Assembly (NCBI GenBank): GCA_019057475.1
Contig: DXJO01000010.1
Span: forward strand, 64,001-128,000
DNA from: Candidatus Thorarchaeota archaeon
GTDB lineage: Archaea > Asgardarchaeota > Thorarchaeia > Thorarchaeales > Thorarchaeaceae
DNA: 64,000 nucleotides
Direction: 5' to 3'
Notes under the pieces: generated by a model
The model's database searches: none
Seen by the model: the letters and a program-made list of their open reading frames with translations, nothing else
Told to the model about the DNA's origin: nothing
Shown here: positions 7,395 through 16,489 of the stretch, one piece after another
How the letters are laid out: each line of letters starts with the position of its first letter
Numbering within the stretch: the first letter of the stretch is position 1
Made by a program: the position numbers and the translations under genes

Positions 7395-10310
7395 GTGAGT
7401 TCCATGGACTACGATTCCAGAAAAATCGAGAAGAAATGGCAGAAGCGTTGGACGAAAGACGGGGTGTTTGAAGCAGACCCTGACCCTTCCCGACCTAAAT
7501 TCTTCCTTACATGCCCCTATCCATACGTCAATGGTGCTCTGCACATTGGCCACGGTCGAACCTACACAGTGGCTGACCTGATTGCCAGATACAACCGTAT
7601 GCGCGGCTTCAACGTGCTGTTCCCAATGGCATCTCACATGACGGGCACGCCCATACAAGGGATGGTAGATAGAATCAAGTCTGGTGACCAAGTCGCAATG
7701 GAGCAATACAAGAGAGACCTTCGTTTGTATTTGGAAACAGAGGAGGAGGTCGAGGCGCAACTGGCGAAGTTCATCGACCCATGGGTCACAGCCAGATTCT
7801 TTGCGAAGGCTATTCGCCAGGACTTTGATGCTTTGGGCTACAGCATCGACTGGCGAAGGAAATTCGCCACTGGTGATAAGACCTACAACCAGTTTGTCAC
7901 CTGGCAATATCACAAGTTCATGGACAAAGGCTACATCAAGCAGGGTGACTATCCGCTACTGTACTGCCCCAATGATGGTAACCCCGTTGGGGAGGATGAC
8001 CTACTAGAGGGTGCGACAGCCAAGGTCAAGGAGTTCACTGCCATTAAGTTCGACTTCGAGGATGGATATCTGGTTGCTGCGACGCTCCGCCCGGAAACAA
8101 TCTTCGGTGTCACAAACATGTGGATTCATCCAACTGAAGAGTACGTGTGGGCACTAGTCAACGGTGAGAAGTGGGTGGTTTCAAAGAAGGCTGTTAAGAA
8201 ACTGAAGCTGCAGGCTAAGGAGGTGGAGGTTCTAGAAACCTTCCCCGGCTCGAAGATCATTGGCAAGAGCTTCCAAGCGGTTCATGATGGCCATGATATT
8301 CCAATCTTTCCTGCTGAGTTCGTAGACCCGAATAACGCTACGGGCGTTGTGTATTCCGTGCCGGGACATGCTCCATTCGACTACATTGCATTGCGCGACC
8401 TGTGGGAAGATCCCTCTCCGTTGAAACCGTATGGCATATCAGCTGAAGAAGTTCGTGCGATAGAAATCATCAGCATGATTGAAATGAAGGGCTACAGCGA
8501 GTTTCCTGCGAAGGATGCAGTCGAGTCCAGAAACATCAAGTCACAAGCTCAAGCGGAGGAACTGGAGGCCGCAACTCAGGAGATCTATAAAGCTGAGTTC
8601 TACGACGGGGTGATGAAGGACAACTGCATGCAGTTCTCCGGGCGAGAGATCAAAGATGTGAAGGAAGATGTGGTCAAATGGATGAAGTCGACGAACCACA
8701 TTGATGTCTTCTACGAACCCGATGTTCGGCCTGTAGTCTGCAAGTGCGGAGCTGACGTACAGATTGGAGTCTTTGCTGGACAGTGGTTCTTGGACTATGA
8801 GAGCACTGGGTGGAAGGACGAGGCATGGAAGGCTCTCAACTCGATGGACATTGTTCCAGAAACATTCAGAAACCTATTCGAGGCGACATTTGACTGGTTG
8901 GCACAGAGACCATGTGCAAGGAAACGGGGCATCGGTACAAAGCTGCCATTCGATGAGGAGTGGATAATCGAGTCGCTGTCAGATTCCACTATCTACATGG
9001 CGTTCTACACAATCTCTCACAAGATTACCGGGAATAAGCTGAAGCCAGAACAGCTGACATTGAGTTTCTTTGACTATGTCTTCTTAGGAAAAGGCGGTAT
9101 CAAGAAGACCGCGAAGGAAACCGGCATATCCGAAGATCTGTTGAAATCTATGCGTGACGAATTCGCTTACTGGTATCCCAATGATCAGAGACATACAGCT
9201 CCATCTCACATATCGAATCATCTGAGCTTTGCCATCTTCCATCATGTGGCCATATTCCCTGAGAAGCACTGGCTGAAGTGCATCAGCCTGAATGAGCACG
9301 TGAACCTGGAAGGCGCAAGGATGTCCAAGAGCAAGGGCAACGTCTTCCCTCTAGTGGAGATCCCTCAGAAGTACGGTGCTGATGTCTACAGAACATACGC
9401 GGTTTCTGCGGCTGAGCCCGGCAGTCTGATGGACTGGCGCGAGCGTGATGTTCCAGCTGTGAGGAATCGGCTGCAAAGCTTCATGGAGATAATGCAGAAA
9501 CACTCCACGAAAGAACCGAGAGTCTATCTGAAGAAGGACAAGCCAGCTGCAATCACTCGTTGGCTACTATCAAAGGTGAACTCGATTATTGAGTCATGCA
9601 CTCAGAATCTGGATAACTTCAGGCTACGTGATTACGCAATAGCTGTTACATCTGAAATGACACGAGCTGTAAACCACTACCTAAGACGGCCGGAGGTTCC
9701 CAAAGAGGAGCGTGAGGGAACATTGGCCTACGTATGTGATGTCTGGGTGCGGCTGGCGGCCCCTCTCATTCCTCACACCTGCGAGGAAGTCTGGTCCAAG
9801 ATGGATCGAGATGGTTACATATCCTTAGCATCCTGGCCCAAACCAGACAAGAAACTGATTGACCCGTCCATTGAAGTGGCTCATCAAGTCGTCTTGTCCA
9901 CTATGCGTGACGTGAGGGAAATCATGAAACTCCTGAAGGACACCAAGGCGAAGAAGGTACATGTCTATGTTGCGCCCGAATGGATGTTCCAAGCTCTGAA
10001 TAGTGTCCGTGAGGCGGAGTTGCCAGTAATCGTGGGCACCATTATGAAACATCTAATGTCGAATCCCGACTTTAGGAAATATGGCAAGCAGGTGAAGAAC
10101 ATCGTTGATAGGGTTGCGAAGGAGAACGGCCTTTGGGACCACTCCTCAAGCGCTGCAGATGAGATTGCGGTCCTGCTGGGCTCGGCAAACTACATGAGCG
10201 AAGAGCTGGGGCTTGAAGTAGTCATACAAAACTCGGAGAGTCCCGAATGCGACCCTCAGAATAAAGCACGGTTCGCACTGCCAGGACGGACATCGCTCTT
10301 CTTGGAGTAG
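7395..10310 (+). CDS. leuS: Leucine--tRNA ligase, archaeal/eukaryotic type
   Basis: PYPYVNGALHIGH, ATLRPET editing domain, IESLSDSTIYMA, RMSKSKGN. Confidence 0.98.
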   Translation: MSSMDYDSRKIEKKWQKRWTKDGVFEADPDPSRPKFFLTCPYPYVNGALHIGHGRTYTVADLIARYNRMRGFNVLFPMASHMTGTPIQGMVDRIKSGDQVAMEQYKRDLRLYLETEEEVEAQLAKFIDPWVTARFFAKAIRQDFDALGYSIDWRRKFATGDKTYNQFVTWQYHKFMDKGYIKQGDYPLLYCPNDGNPVGEDDLLEGATAKVKEFTAIKFDFEDGYLVAATLRPETIFGVTNMWIHPTEEYVWALVNGEKWVVSKKAVKKLKLQAKEVEVLETFPGSKIIGKSFQAVHDGHDIPIFPAEFVDPNNATGVVYSVPGHAPFDYIALRDLWEDPSPLKPYGISAEEVRAIEIISMIEMKGYSEFPAKDAVESRNIKSQAQAEELEAATQEIYKAEFYDGVMKDNCMQFSGREIKDVKEDVVKWMKSTNHIDVFYEPDVRPVVCKCGADVQIGVFAGQWFLDYESTGWKDEAWKALNSMDIVPETFRNLFEATFDWLAQRPCARKRGIGTKLPFDEEWIIESLSDSTIYMAFYTISHKITGNKLKPEQLTLSFFDYVFLGKGGIKKTAKETGISEDLLKSMRDEFAYWYPNDQRHTAPSHISNHLSFAIFHHVAIFPEKHWLKCISLNEHVNLEGARMSKSKGNVFPLVEIPQKYGADVYRTYAVSAAEPGSLMDWRERDVPAVRNRLQSFMEIMQKHSTKEPRVYLKKDKPAAITRWLLSKVNSIIESCTQNLDNFRLRDYAIAVTSEMTRAVNHYLRRPEVPKEEREGTLAYVCDVWVRLAAPLIPHTCEEVWSKMDRDGYISLASWPKPDKKLIDPSIEVAHQVVLSTMRDVREIMKLLKDTKAKKVHVYVAPEWMFQALNSVREAELPVIVGTIMKHLMSNPDFRKYGKQVKNIVDRVAKENGLWDHSSSAADEIAVLLGSANYMSEELGLEVVIQNSESPECDPQNKARFALPGRTSLFLE

Positions 10311-10318
10311 TCGATCTG

Positions 10319-10756
10319 TCAGGTCGTGTATCTTGCTACATTGTCCTTGAACCACTCTGGGACCTGGGCATCATCGACTCTATCAGATGAAGGCAAGTAT
10401 GGTTTAATGTCAATAATGGGTGTTTTGTCAAAAGCGTCAATCTGGTCGATTCGGATTCGATGGTTTGTATCATTAATACCCCTGACAGCTACTATTGAGA
10501 TACCAATAGGGGTGGGCCGGGCAGGGGATCTAGTTGCGAATACGCCTGACAGTTCAGCATTTGTCTTAGGAGGACGACCCCTCAGGTGAGAACGGTCTGC
10601 TGGATTGTCCCGTTCAGTAATCCACCAGAGCACGATGATGTGGGAGAACTTATCCAGCTGAAGTACAGCATCCCAATACTCCGGTTTGATTTCAAGATAG
10701 ATTGAGTCGTCGTTCGTCTTCCTGACGGTTCCCACTACACTGGCACAGAGTTCCAT
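10319..10756 (-). CDS. TrmO/TsaA (YaeB)-like SAM-binding tRNA methyltransferase
   Basis: FSHIIVLWW, GVFATRSPARPTPIG, IDAFDKTPIIDIKPY; start at ATG 10756 after GAGGTGA. Confidence 0.9.
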   Translation of the reverse strand: MELCASVVGTVRKTNDDSIYLEIKPEYWDAVLQLDKFSHIIVLWWITERDNPADRSHLRGRPPKTNAELSGVFATRSPARPTPIGISIVAVRGINDTNHRIRIDQIDAFDKTPIIDIKPYLPSSDRVDDAQVPEWFKDNVARYTT

Positions 10757-10877
10757 ATTGGACTTCACCTCGCTGCATGCAGGCGCACTCCCAGATGAAT
10801 CAATTGGAATATCCCGGAATATTGATGATTCACAGATGCGAATCGGTGGGGTCCCAGTTCTTCTCAACGGAAACTAG

Positions 10878-11375
10878 CTAGACCAGCGGTCCTGCCTTCA
10901 TCTTGAGTTTCTTGGCAGCTTCTTCCAAGGCATAGCCCTCAACAGACGGGGCGAGGCCTGTTTCTTCCAGTGGAATGACTAACCGCATTCCCCCTTTCTT
11001 TGAATAGGCACCAAGACCCACACTTGTGCCCACTTGGATAACCTTCTTCTTCCGGAAGACCCGCTGGACTTTGAGAAAACCATCAGTGCAGGCAAGCACG
11101 ATTATAGCTGTGGCGTCATTGTAGATTTCCTTTGTCGCCTTATGCTTCGTACGTTCACGAATCAGGGGGGGTTGGCAGCTAACGCCGACGAGTTCCTGAC
11201 GGATGACGTTGAATCCATCCTTTTCAAGAGCTTCAGCAAGGGCCTTGAGATTCTTGCGTCCGCCAAGGTCGCAGTATTTCGTGCAGTCATTGCATGACCA
11301 CACAACGATTTTGTCGTCCTTGTCAAGCTTCTCTTTCAGCTGTTCATAGTCGAGGCTACGAAGCACTACAATCAA
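10878..11375 (-). CDS. MetV-like protein (N-terminal domain of the methylene-THF reductase small subunit only)
   Basis: CxxCxxxCxxGG, later C, and LACxxG match the MetV N-domain; the Cys-rich C-domain is absent. Confidence 0.7.
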   Translation of the reverse strand: MIVVLRSLDYEQLKEKLDKDDKIVVWSCNDCTKYCDLGGRKNLKALAEALEKDGFNVIRQELVGVSCQPPLIRERTKHKATKEIYNDATAIIVLACTDGFLKVQRVFRKKKVIQVGTSVGLGAYSKKGGMRLVIPLEETGLAPSVEGYALEEAAKKLKMKAGPLV

Positions 11376-11770
11376 GATTCAACCCCCTCTGGTGTAACGA
11401 CCTTCAACATTTCGTTCATGGCAGGCACTCCCAATGTTCTCACTCCTGCGACAACGGAGATTTTGGGGAATTTCCGCTTGATTACGCTCCAACCCGCCCA
11501 ACAGCCCAGACAGAGTATCTTATCGACATCGCTGGCCGGTTTCGCATAGTCGTAGTAGTCGAAATTGCAGCCAATGGTAAGCACAATCTCCTCCGCAACC
11601 TCAATTCCAACATCTTGCACAAGCTTCTGACTAATCTCTTCCATCAGCTTTGCTCCGCCAGCTTCTTGCGATCGTGTGCAAGTATTGCAGGTAACAATCG
11701 AAACTCGTTCTCCCTTCTTGAATTGAGCCTTGATCTTCTCATAGGGAACCGCTTCAACAGCACAGACCAA
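11372..11770 (-). CDS. Second MetV N-domain-like paralogue
   Basis: VTCNTCTRSQEAGG, IGC, ILCLGCWAG; stop overlaps next start. Confidence 0.65.
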   Translation of the reverse strand: MVCAVEAVPYEKIKAQFKKGERVSIVTCNTCTRSQEAGGAKLMEEISQKLVQDVGIEVAEEIVLTIGCNFDYYDYAKPASDVDKILCLGCWAGWSVIKRKFPKISVVAGVRTLGVPAMNEMLKVVTPEGVES

Positions 11771-11772
11771 AT

Positions 11773-12264
11773 CTATCCCTCCTGGGGCAAGATGATTCTT
11801 CTTGCGTGCGTACCAGCGTTGTCAAGCCGCTTTGCAGTCGTTTCATGGTAGTCAGCTTCGAAGTCCGACAGCTCGCCAAAGACTAGCGCTTTTGAAGGGC
11901 AGACTTCCACACATGCGGGGTCTTTGCCAGCCTTCTGACGGTCGTAGCACATGTCGCATTTCATGGTCTTCCGCGTCTTCTCATTGTAGATTGGAACCCC
12001 CCATGGACAAATCAATTCGCATGCACGACAACCGATGCACTTCTCATCGTCAATTAGCACGATGCCATCTTCAATGTGGATTGCCTCAGTTGGACAGACC
12101 TTTTCGCAGGGAGCATCTTCACAATGTGCACAACGGAAAGGAACCGGAATTCCTTGGAATTCATCCACATAGCACAATGATTCTCCATTCTCTCGGATAC
12201 AGGCTTCGATGCATTCCTCACAGCCTAGGCAGCGATTCATGACTAGAAAGACATTTCGTGGCAT
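11773..12264 (-). CDS. 4x[4Fe-4S] electron-transfer protein (HycB/HydN/DmsB type)
   Basis: CLGCEECIEAC, CAHCEDAPCEKVCP, CIGCRACELICP, KCDMC...PACVEVCP. Confidence 0.92.
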   Translation of the reverse strand: MPRNVFLVMNRCLGCEECIEACIRENGESLCYVDEFQGIPVPFRCAHCEDAPCEKVCPTEAIHIEDGIVLIDDEKCIGCRACELICPWGVPIYNEKTRKTMKCDMCYDRQKAGKDPACVEVCPSKALVFGELSDFEADYHETTAKRLDNAGTHARRIILPQEG

Positions 12265-12282
12265 TTTGGCACATCCAAGTTT

Positions 12283-13377
12283 CTAGGATTTTCTCCCCGT
12301 CGCCAGTGCGGGTTGAGCAACCTCCGCAATGGCCTGAGCAATCTTCTCGCGCTTGCACGTTGGACAGGTGGTGTACGGTTCGAAGGGAAGACTGAGTCCA
12401 TCAATCGCCTTAACCGCCTCTTTCTCCGCAAGACGCTTTTTGAGATCCTCACCAAACGGAATTGGACTGAAGGGCTCTCCACAGACGGAGCATTTCTGCA
12501 ATTCGACTTCCAAGTCCCAGAGAGGTTCCTCCTTCATGTACGATAACAATTCAAACCCTGGCACAATCTCAATGGCCTCTTGTGGACAGGCTTTTTCACA
12601 TTCCTTGCACACAAGGCACTCAGTGTGAAGAGTTCCGTACTTGCGCTTGTCTTCTACGTCTTCAATGGAAATGACATCTTCAGGGCACACGCTATAGCAC
12701 GCATAACATCCGATGCATTTGTCCGGGTCCCTCTTTGGAAAACCATAACCTTCCATGACTTCTTCCGGTTCGAAAATCATGACCTTTTCTGGTTCATAGT
12801 CGACTCGTCTGGCGATTGAAACCAAGACCTCATGGATCTTGTGTTTCTTGGAAACTGTTTCATCCACATCCAGGTCAGTCAGGTCACTGACATCCTTCAC
12901 TGGGGTGGGTCCAAGCTTCTCAATCTTATTTGTGAAATTCGCGATGACTTCTGCCCACTTCGCTCCTTCAGCTGCTGAAACATGTTCGAAGGTAATCCTA
13001 TCTCCCAACCCCATCTCATCGAGTATCTTCTTGAAGAAGTCGAAGCGCTTCTTGGCGGCGATATTGCCCTCAACATAGTGACAGTCCCCAATGTGACAAC
13101 CACTAATGAGAACACCATCTGCACCCATCTCAAGCGCTCGAAGCACAAACAATGGGTCAATTCTGCCGGTGCAATTTACTCGTATAATCCGAACATTGGG
13201 GGGATGCTGTATCCTGCTTGTGCCTGCGAGGTCAGCTCCGGCGTAGGAGCACCAATTGCACGTCAGAGCGAGAATCCTCGGAAAGAATTCCCCCTTCTTC
13301 TTTCCTTTCGATTTCGGGGCGGATGGAGTTTCTTTGCTCGTAACCGTCAAGATCAAAGGGGCCTCCGGATGCTTCAA
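12283..13377 (-). CDS. MvhD (hydrogenase delta subunit) domain fused to a HycF/HyfH-like 2x[4Fe-4S] domain
   Basis: CNWCSYAGAD, RVNCTGR, GCHIGDCHY (MvhD); CIGCYACYSVCP, CLVCKECEKACP and distal CSVC...CPTCKR (HycF-like); exact start uncertain. Confidence 0.88.
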   Translation of the reverse strand: MKHPEAPLILTVTSKETPSAPKSKGKKKGEFFPRILALTCNWCSYAGADLAGTSRIQHPPNVRIIRVNCTGRIDPLFVLRALEMGADGVLISGCHIGDCHYVEGNIAAKKRFDFFKKILDEMGLGDRITFEHVSAAEGAKWAEVIANFTNKIEKLGPTPVKDVSDLTDLDVDETVSKKHKIHEVLVSIARRVDYEPEKVMIFEPEEVMEGYGFPKRDPDKCIGCYACYSVCPEDVISIEDVEDKRKYGTLHTECLVCKECEKACPQEAIEIVPGFELLSYMKEEPLWDLEVELQKCSVCGEPFSPIPFGEDLKKRLAEKEAVKAIDGLSLPFEPYTTCPTCKREKIAQAIAEVAQPALATGRKS

Positions 13378-13530
13378 GGCTCTTTTCGACTCTCCTATTA
13401 AGGTTCCTGATTACGGAGCGTTGCTCTCAAGTCGATTATTGGTTTCAACTTGTTAGCCGAGGAGAACAGTTTTATGCCCAGCCTAGGAATGCATCCATGA
13501 ATACACGCTACTCGCACGGAGAGAAACGCT

Positions 13531-13767
13531 ATGATTATGGCATTCATAATGGCCAAGATTGAATCTGCAAAAGCTCGAAGCATTCTGGAACATGTCAAAG
13601 AGATTGAGGAAGTAAAAGAAGCGTTTCTCATATATGGCGCATACGATCTCTTGCTCAAGGCAGTCTTCAAAACACCCGAGGCTCTTAGCTCCTTCGTAGT
13701 GGATACGTTGCGCAAGGTCGATGGGGTCAAGGACACCATAACCAACGTCTGCGCGACTTACGACTAG
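13531..13767 (+). CDS. Stand-alone Lrp/AsnC ligand-binding (RAM) domain protein
   Basis: V.EA..IYGAYDLLLK...LRKVDGVKDTIT; no HTH. Confidence 0.88.
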   Translation: MIMAFIMAKIESAKARSILEHVKEIEEVKEAFLIYGAYDLLLKAVFKTPEALSSFVVDTLRKVDGVKDTITNVCATYD

Positions 13768-13778
13768 AGGGATTTCCA

Positions 13779-14096
13779 GTGTCAGAAGTGCATAGTAGAC
13801 GAGTCTACAAATTCAAGCCCCGTTGGGGGCATCAAGTTCATATGGGCGCAGCCGAGATACGCGCTGCGGTTCTCAAGCTTGGCGAAGATGTGCTCGGCAG
13901 CCATTTCTCTGTGAGGATTGTATCTGAAGAGGAGAGCACGATAGAGGTACGATGCGAAGCGGCCACGGGTGCGATCGTGTACGAGATGGACTCGAAGATA
14001 ATGTTCTCGATACTCAATTGGTGTGAGAAGGAGGACATTGACTTCAGCGTTGAAGAAATGGACGCCATGACTCCTGACATGGATGATTACGTGTAG
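13779..14096 (+). CDS. Hypothetical protein (105 aa, acidic C-terminus)
   Basis: Follows the Lrp-domain gene with an RBS-like sequence. Confidence 0.65.
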   Translation: MSEVHSRRVYKFKPRWGHQVHMGAAEIRAAVLKLGEDVLGSHFSVRIVSEEESTIEVRCEAATGAIVYEMDSKIMFSILNWCEKEDIDFSVEEMDAMTPDMDDYV

Positions 14097-14105
14097 ACTA
14101 GGGTC

Positions 14106-15998
14106 TCACTCGTCAGGAATCTCCATTCCACTGGCTTCTTCTACCAAACCAAGACGTTGCAGTGTAGATGCATACGGGATACCAGTTTCGTTGTCCCACC
14201 CACGCTTCAGATAGTACTCGTCCAACATCTGGTCCAGCTCAACTACTTCCCCCTTGGATGGTCCAAGAGGCGCACCCTCTTTTGTCAGTCTGTCAGGAAG
14301 ACAGTCATCAGCTCGTGTCACGCCACGTCTTGCATTGAATAGACGGTTCAGGTTTACGATACGCTCCCCTATGGTCTGCAGGTCTGCTCTTGTGAACTCG
14401 AACCCATTGTGAACCTTCAGTGCAAGTGCTACATCCTCATAGTAGAACTCAGGAGGGATTTGCGTTCCATACTTGCACAATCCTAGGCTCTCGACGACAA
14501 CCATGAAGTCCTCACACTCTTTCACCATTATTCCCTTGTACTTAGGATTCAGACGTTCTGCCATCTCAGGGAGATACTCCTCTCCGAAGCGCTCCCTTAT
14601 CTCATCATCAAAGCCGGCCTCATCTAGGACAGGGAATGCGTAGAGATGGTCCGCCCCCCTTGCCGCGGTGACTGCAGCAAGCCCCATGGACTTCTGAGCG
14701 CGCGGTTCTTGCCCTGCAATCTCTTGCTTTTTCACTGTCATCACAAACTTCTCGGTGCCTCGACCTATTTTCTCTGCGGCTCGTGCACTTCCTTCAGCAA
14801 GAACATCACCAAATCCCTCTCTGAAGGCAATCATCTTGATGAGCTTGACAATGGACTCATGATTGCCCCACGAAAGGTCGATTCCATCTGTATCATCTGC
14901 CGTGAGTAGGCCCTCATCCCATGCCTCCATGGCCCAAGAGATGGTGCCACCCAAGGATATCGTGTCCATTCCGTACTGATTGGCCAAATGATGACCAAAG
15001 AGGACTGACTCCAAGTTATCATTGCCACAACGGGAGCCCAGTGATGATTGAGTCTCAAACTCTGGCGACCCGCCTACGTATTTGTACGGGCCTTCTTTGA
15101 CGGAGGTATAGCGTGCACACCTTTGCAAGCAGCACCAGTCTGACCTTGGTTTCACAAGATACTTCTCGGTGATTGTTTCGCCGCTTATCTTCTCATATCC
15201 CTCAAAGACCCCTTGACGCATGTTGTAGCTTGGCAGTCTCCCTATATGCTGCATCATCTCAACAAGATTAGTTGTTCCGTACTTCGCCCTTCCCGGAGTA
15301 AAGGGATTTGCCAGCATGCGACGATAGAATTCATCCATAGTATCCATGTACTTCTTGGGGTCTGCAACCTCAATCTTTCCCGCACCTCGCACACATATGG
15401 CCTTCAGCTTCTTTGAGCCCATCACCGCGCCAAGTCCAGAACGAGCGGAGGCACGGTCTCTATCATTCATCACTGCCGCAAAGCGGACAAGGTTCTCGCC
15501 TGCTTGCCCGATATAGATCAATCTGGCTCGCTTGCCGTGTCGCTTCCGCAGTATGTCATCGGTCTCAAACACATCTCGGCCCCAGACATCATCAGCACTT
15601 AGGAGTTCCACAGTCGAGTCATTGATGTTCAAGTAGACTGGGTCTGGCGATGCTCCAGTGAAGAAAATGGCATCATAGCCTGCCAGCTTGAGTTCGGGTC
15701 CCCAGAACCCTGCCGCATGACTCTCTCCCCATACATCAGTGAGAGGCGAGAGAGCTGCAACAACGTGTCGTGATGACTGCGGGAACATTGATGCTGTGAG
15801 CAATCCTGTGGCAAAGCCTAGGACATTCTCTGGTGAGAGTGGATCAATGTCAGTCGGAATGGAGTCAAAGAGAACCTTTGAGAGATACCCCGCGCCAAGA
15901 AGGTACTTCTCTACAAGTTTCTTCTCAATAGGCCTCTTCTCAATCTCTCCTTTTGTTAGGTCCACCCAAATGACTTTACCACCTACTCCGTGAATCAT
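14106..15998 (-). CDS. Tungsten-containing aldehyde:ferredoxin oxidoreductase family protein (AOR-1)
   Basis: SPLT..WGES..AG.WGPELK.AGYD, RSGLGAVMGSKKLKAI, PEFET, GMDTIS, RGADH, YY..RGWD..G.P. Confidence 0.96.
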   Translation of the reverse strand: MIHGVGGKVIWVDLTKGEIEKRPIEKKLVEKYLLGAGYLSKVLFDSIPTDIDPLSPENVLGFATGLLTASMFPQSSRHVVAALSPLTDVWGESHAAGFWGPELKLAGYDAIFFTGASPDPVYLNINDSTVELLSADDVWGRDVFETDDILRKRHGKRARLIYIGQAGENLVRFAAVMNDRDRASARSGLGAVMGSKKLKAICVRGAGKIEVADPKKYMDTMDEFYRRMLANPFTPGRAKYGTTNLVEMMQHIGRLPSYNMRQGVFEGYEKISGETITEKYLVKPRSDWCCLQRCARYTSVKEGPYKYVGGSPEFETQSSLGSRCGNDNLESVLFGHHLANQYGMDTISLGGTISWAMEAWDEGLLTADDTDGIDLSWGNHESIVKLIKMIAFREGFGDVLAEGSARAAEKIGRGTEKFVMTVKKQEIAGQEPRAQKSMGLAAVTAARGADHLYAFPVLDEAGFDDEIRERFGEEYLPEMAERLNPKYKGIMVKECEDFMVVVESLGLCKYGTQIPPEFYYEDVALALKVHNGFEFTRADLQTIGERIVNLNRLFNARRGVTRADDCLPDRLTKEGAPLGPSKGEVVELDQMLDEYYLKRGWDNETGIPYASTLQRLGLVEEASGMEIPDE

Positions 15999-16486
15999 TG
16001 CAAATCCTCCTTTGAGTAGAGTTCCTCGCTATGTTCATCATGCAGTGCCCATATCTCGCCGTCGGGGTCTCTCTCTTCGAGTTCCCTCATTGTGGTCATC
16101 CATATGGCATCAACCGGACAGCGCTTGATGCACTCATCACACTGAATGCATTTGATAGCCTTCTCTGTGTCAGGATTAATCCGGATTGCATTGTACGGAC
16201 ATGCTTCGACACAGGAGCCGGAGCCAGTGCATTTCTTGTTGTTGACAATCACAATGCCCTTCGAGGTGCGCGATAGGGCTTCCTCCGGGCACGCATCAAT
16301 GCAGGGAGCATCTTCGCAGTTTCTGCAGAAGAGGGTGAAATCTAAGCCTGGTTCAATGCGCACAGCTCTTACTCGAGACCGCTCTGGGCTTATCACCTTG
16401 AGGTAGCGCATGCTACACACATTGACACATATCATACAACCAGTGCATACTCGTGGATCTCCAATTACGAACTTCAAGTCGACCAT
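15995..16486 (-). CDS. Fe-S subunit associated with AOR-1
   Basis: Four ferredoxin-type Cys groups (one reads CTGSGSC); ATGA-coupled to AOR-1. Confidence 0.92.
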   Translation of the reverse strand: MVDLKFVIGDPRVCTGCMICVNVCSMRYLKVISPERSRVRAVRIEPGLDFTLFCRNCEDAPCIDACPEEALSRTSKGIVIVNNKKCTGSGSCVEACPYNAIRINPDTEKAIKCIQCDECIKRCPVDAIWMTTMRELEERDPDGEIWALHDEHSEELYSKEDLQ

Positions 16487-16489
16487 ATG

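Noticed and set aside
9319-9342. RMSKS instead of KMSKS in LeuRS
   Set aside because: Conservative change at the variable first position; the catalytic second Lys is kept.
10785-10840. Stem-loop (TGAATCA...TGATTCA) downstream of the MvhD operon, considered as a SECIS element
   Set aside because: MvhD here has Cys at all motif positions, I found no in-frame UGA in the operon, and the pairing does not give a convincing GA-quartet core.
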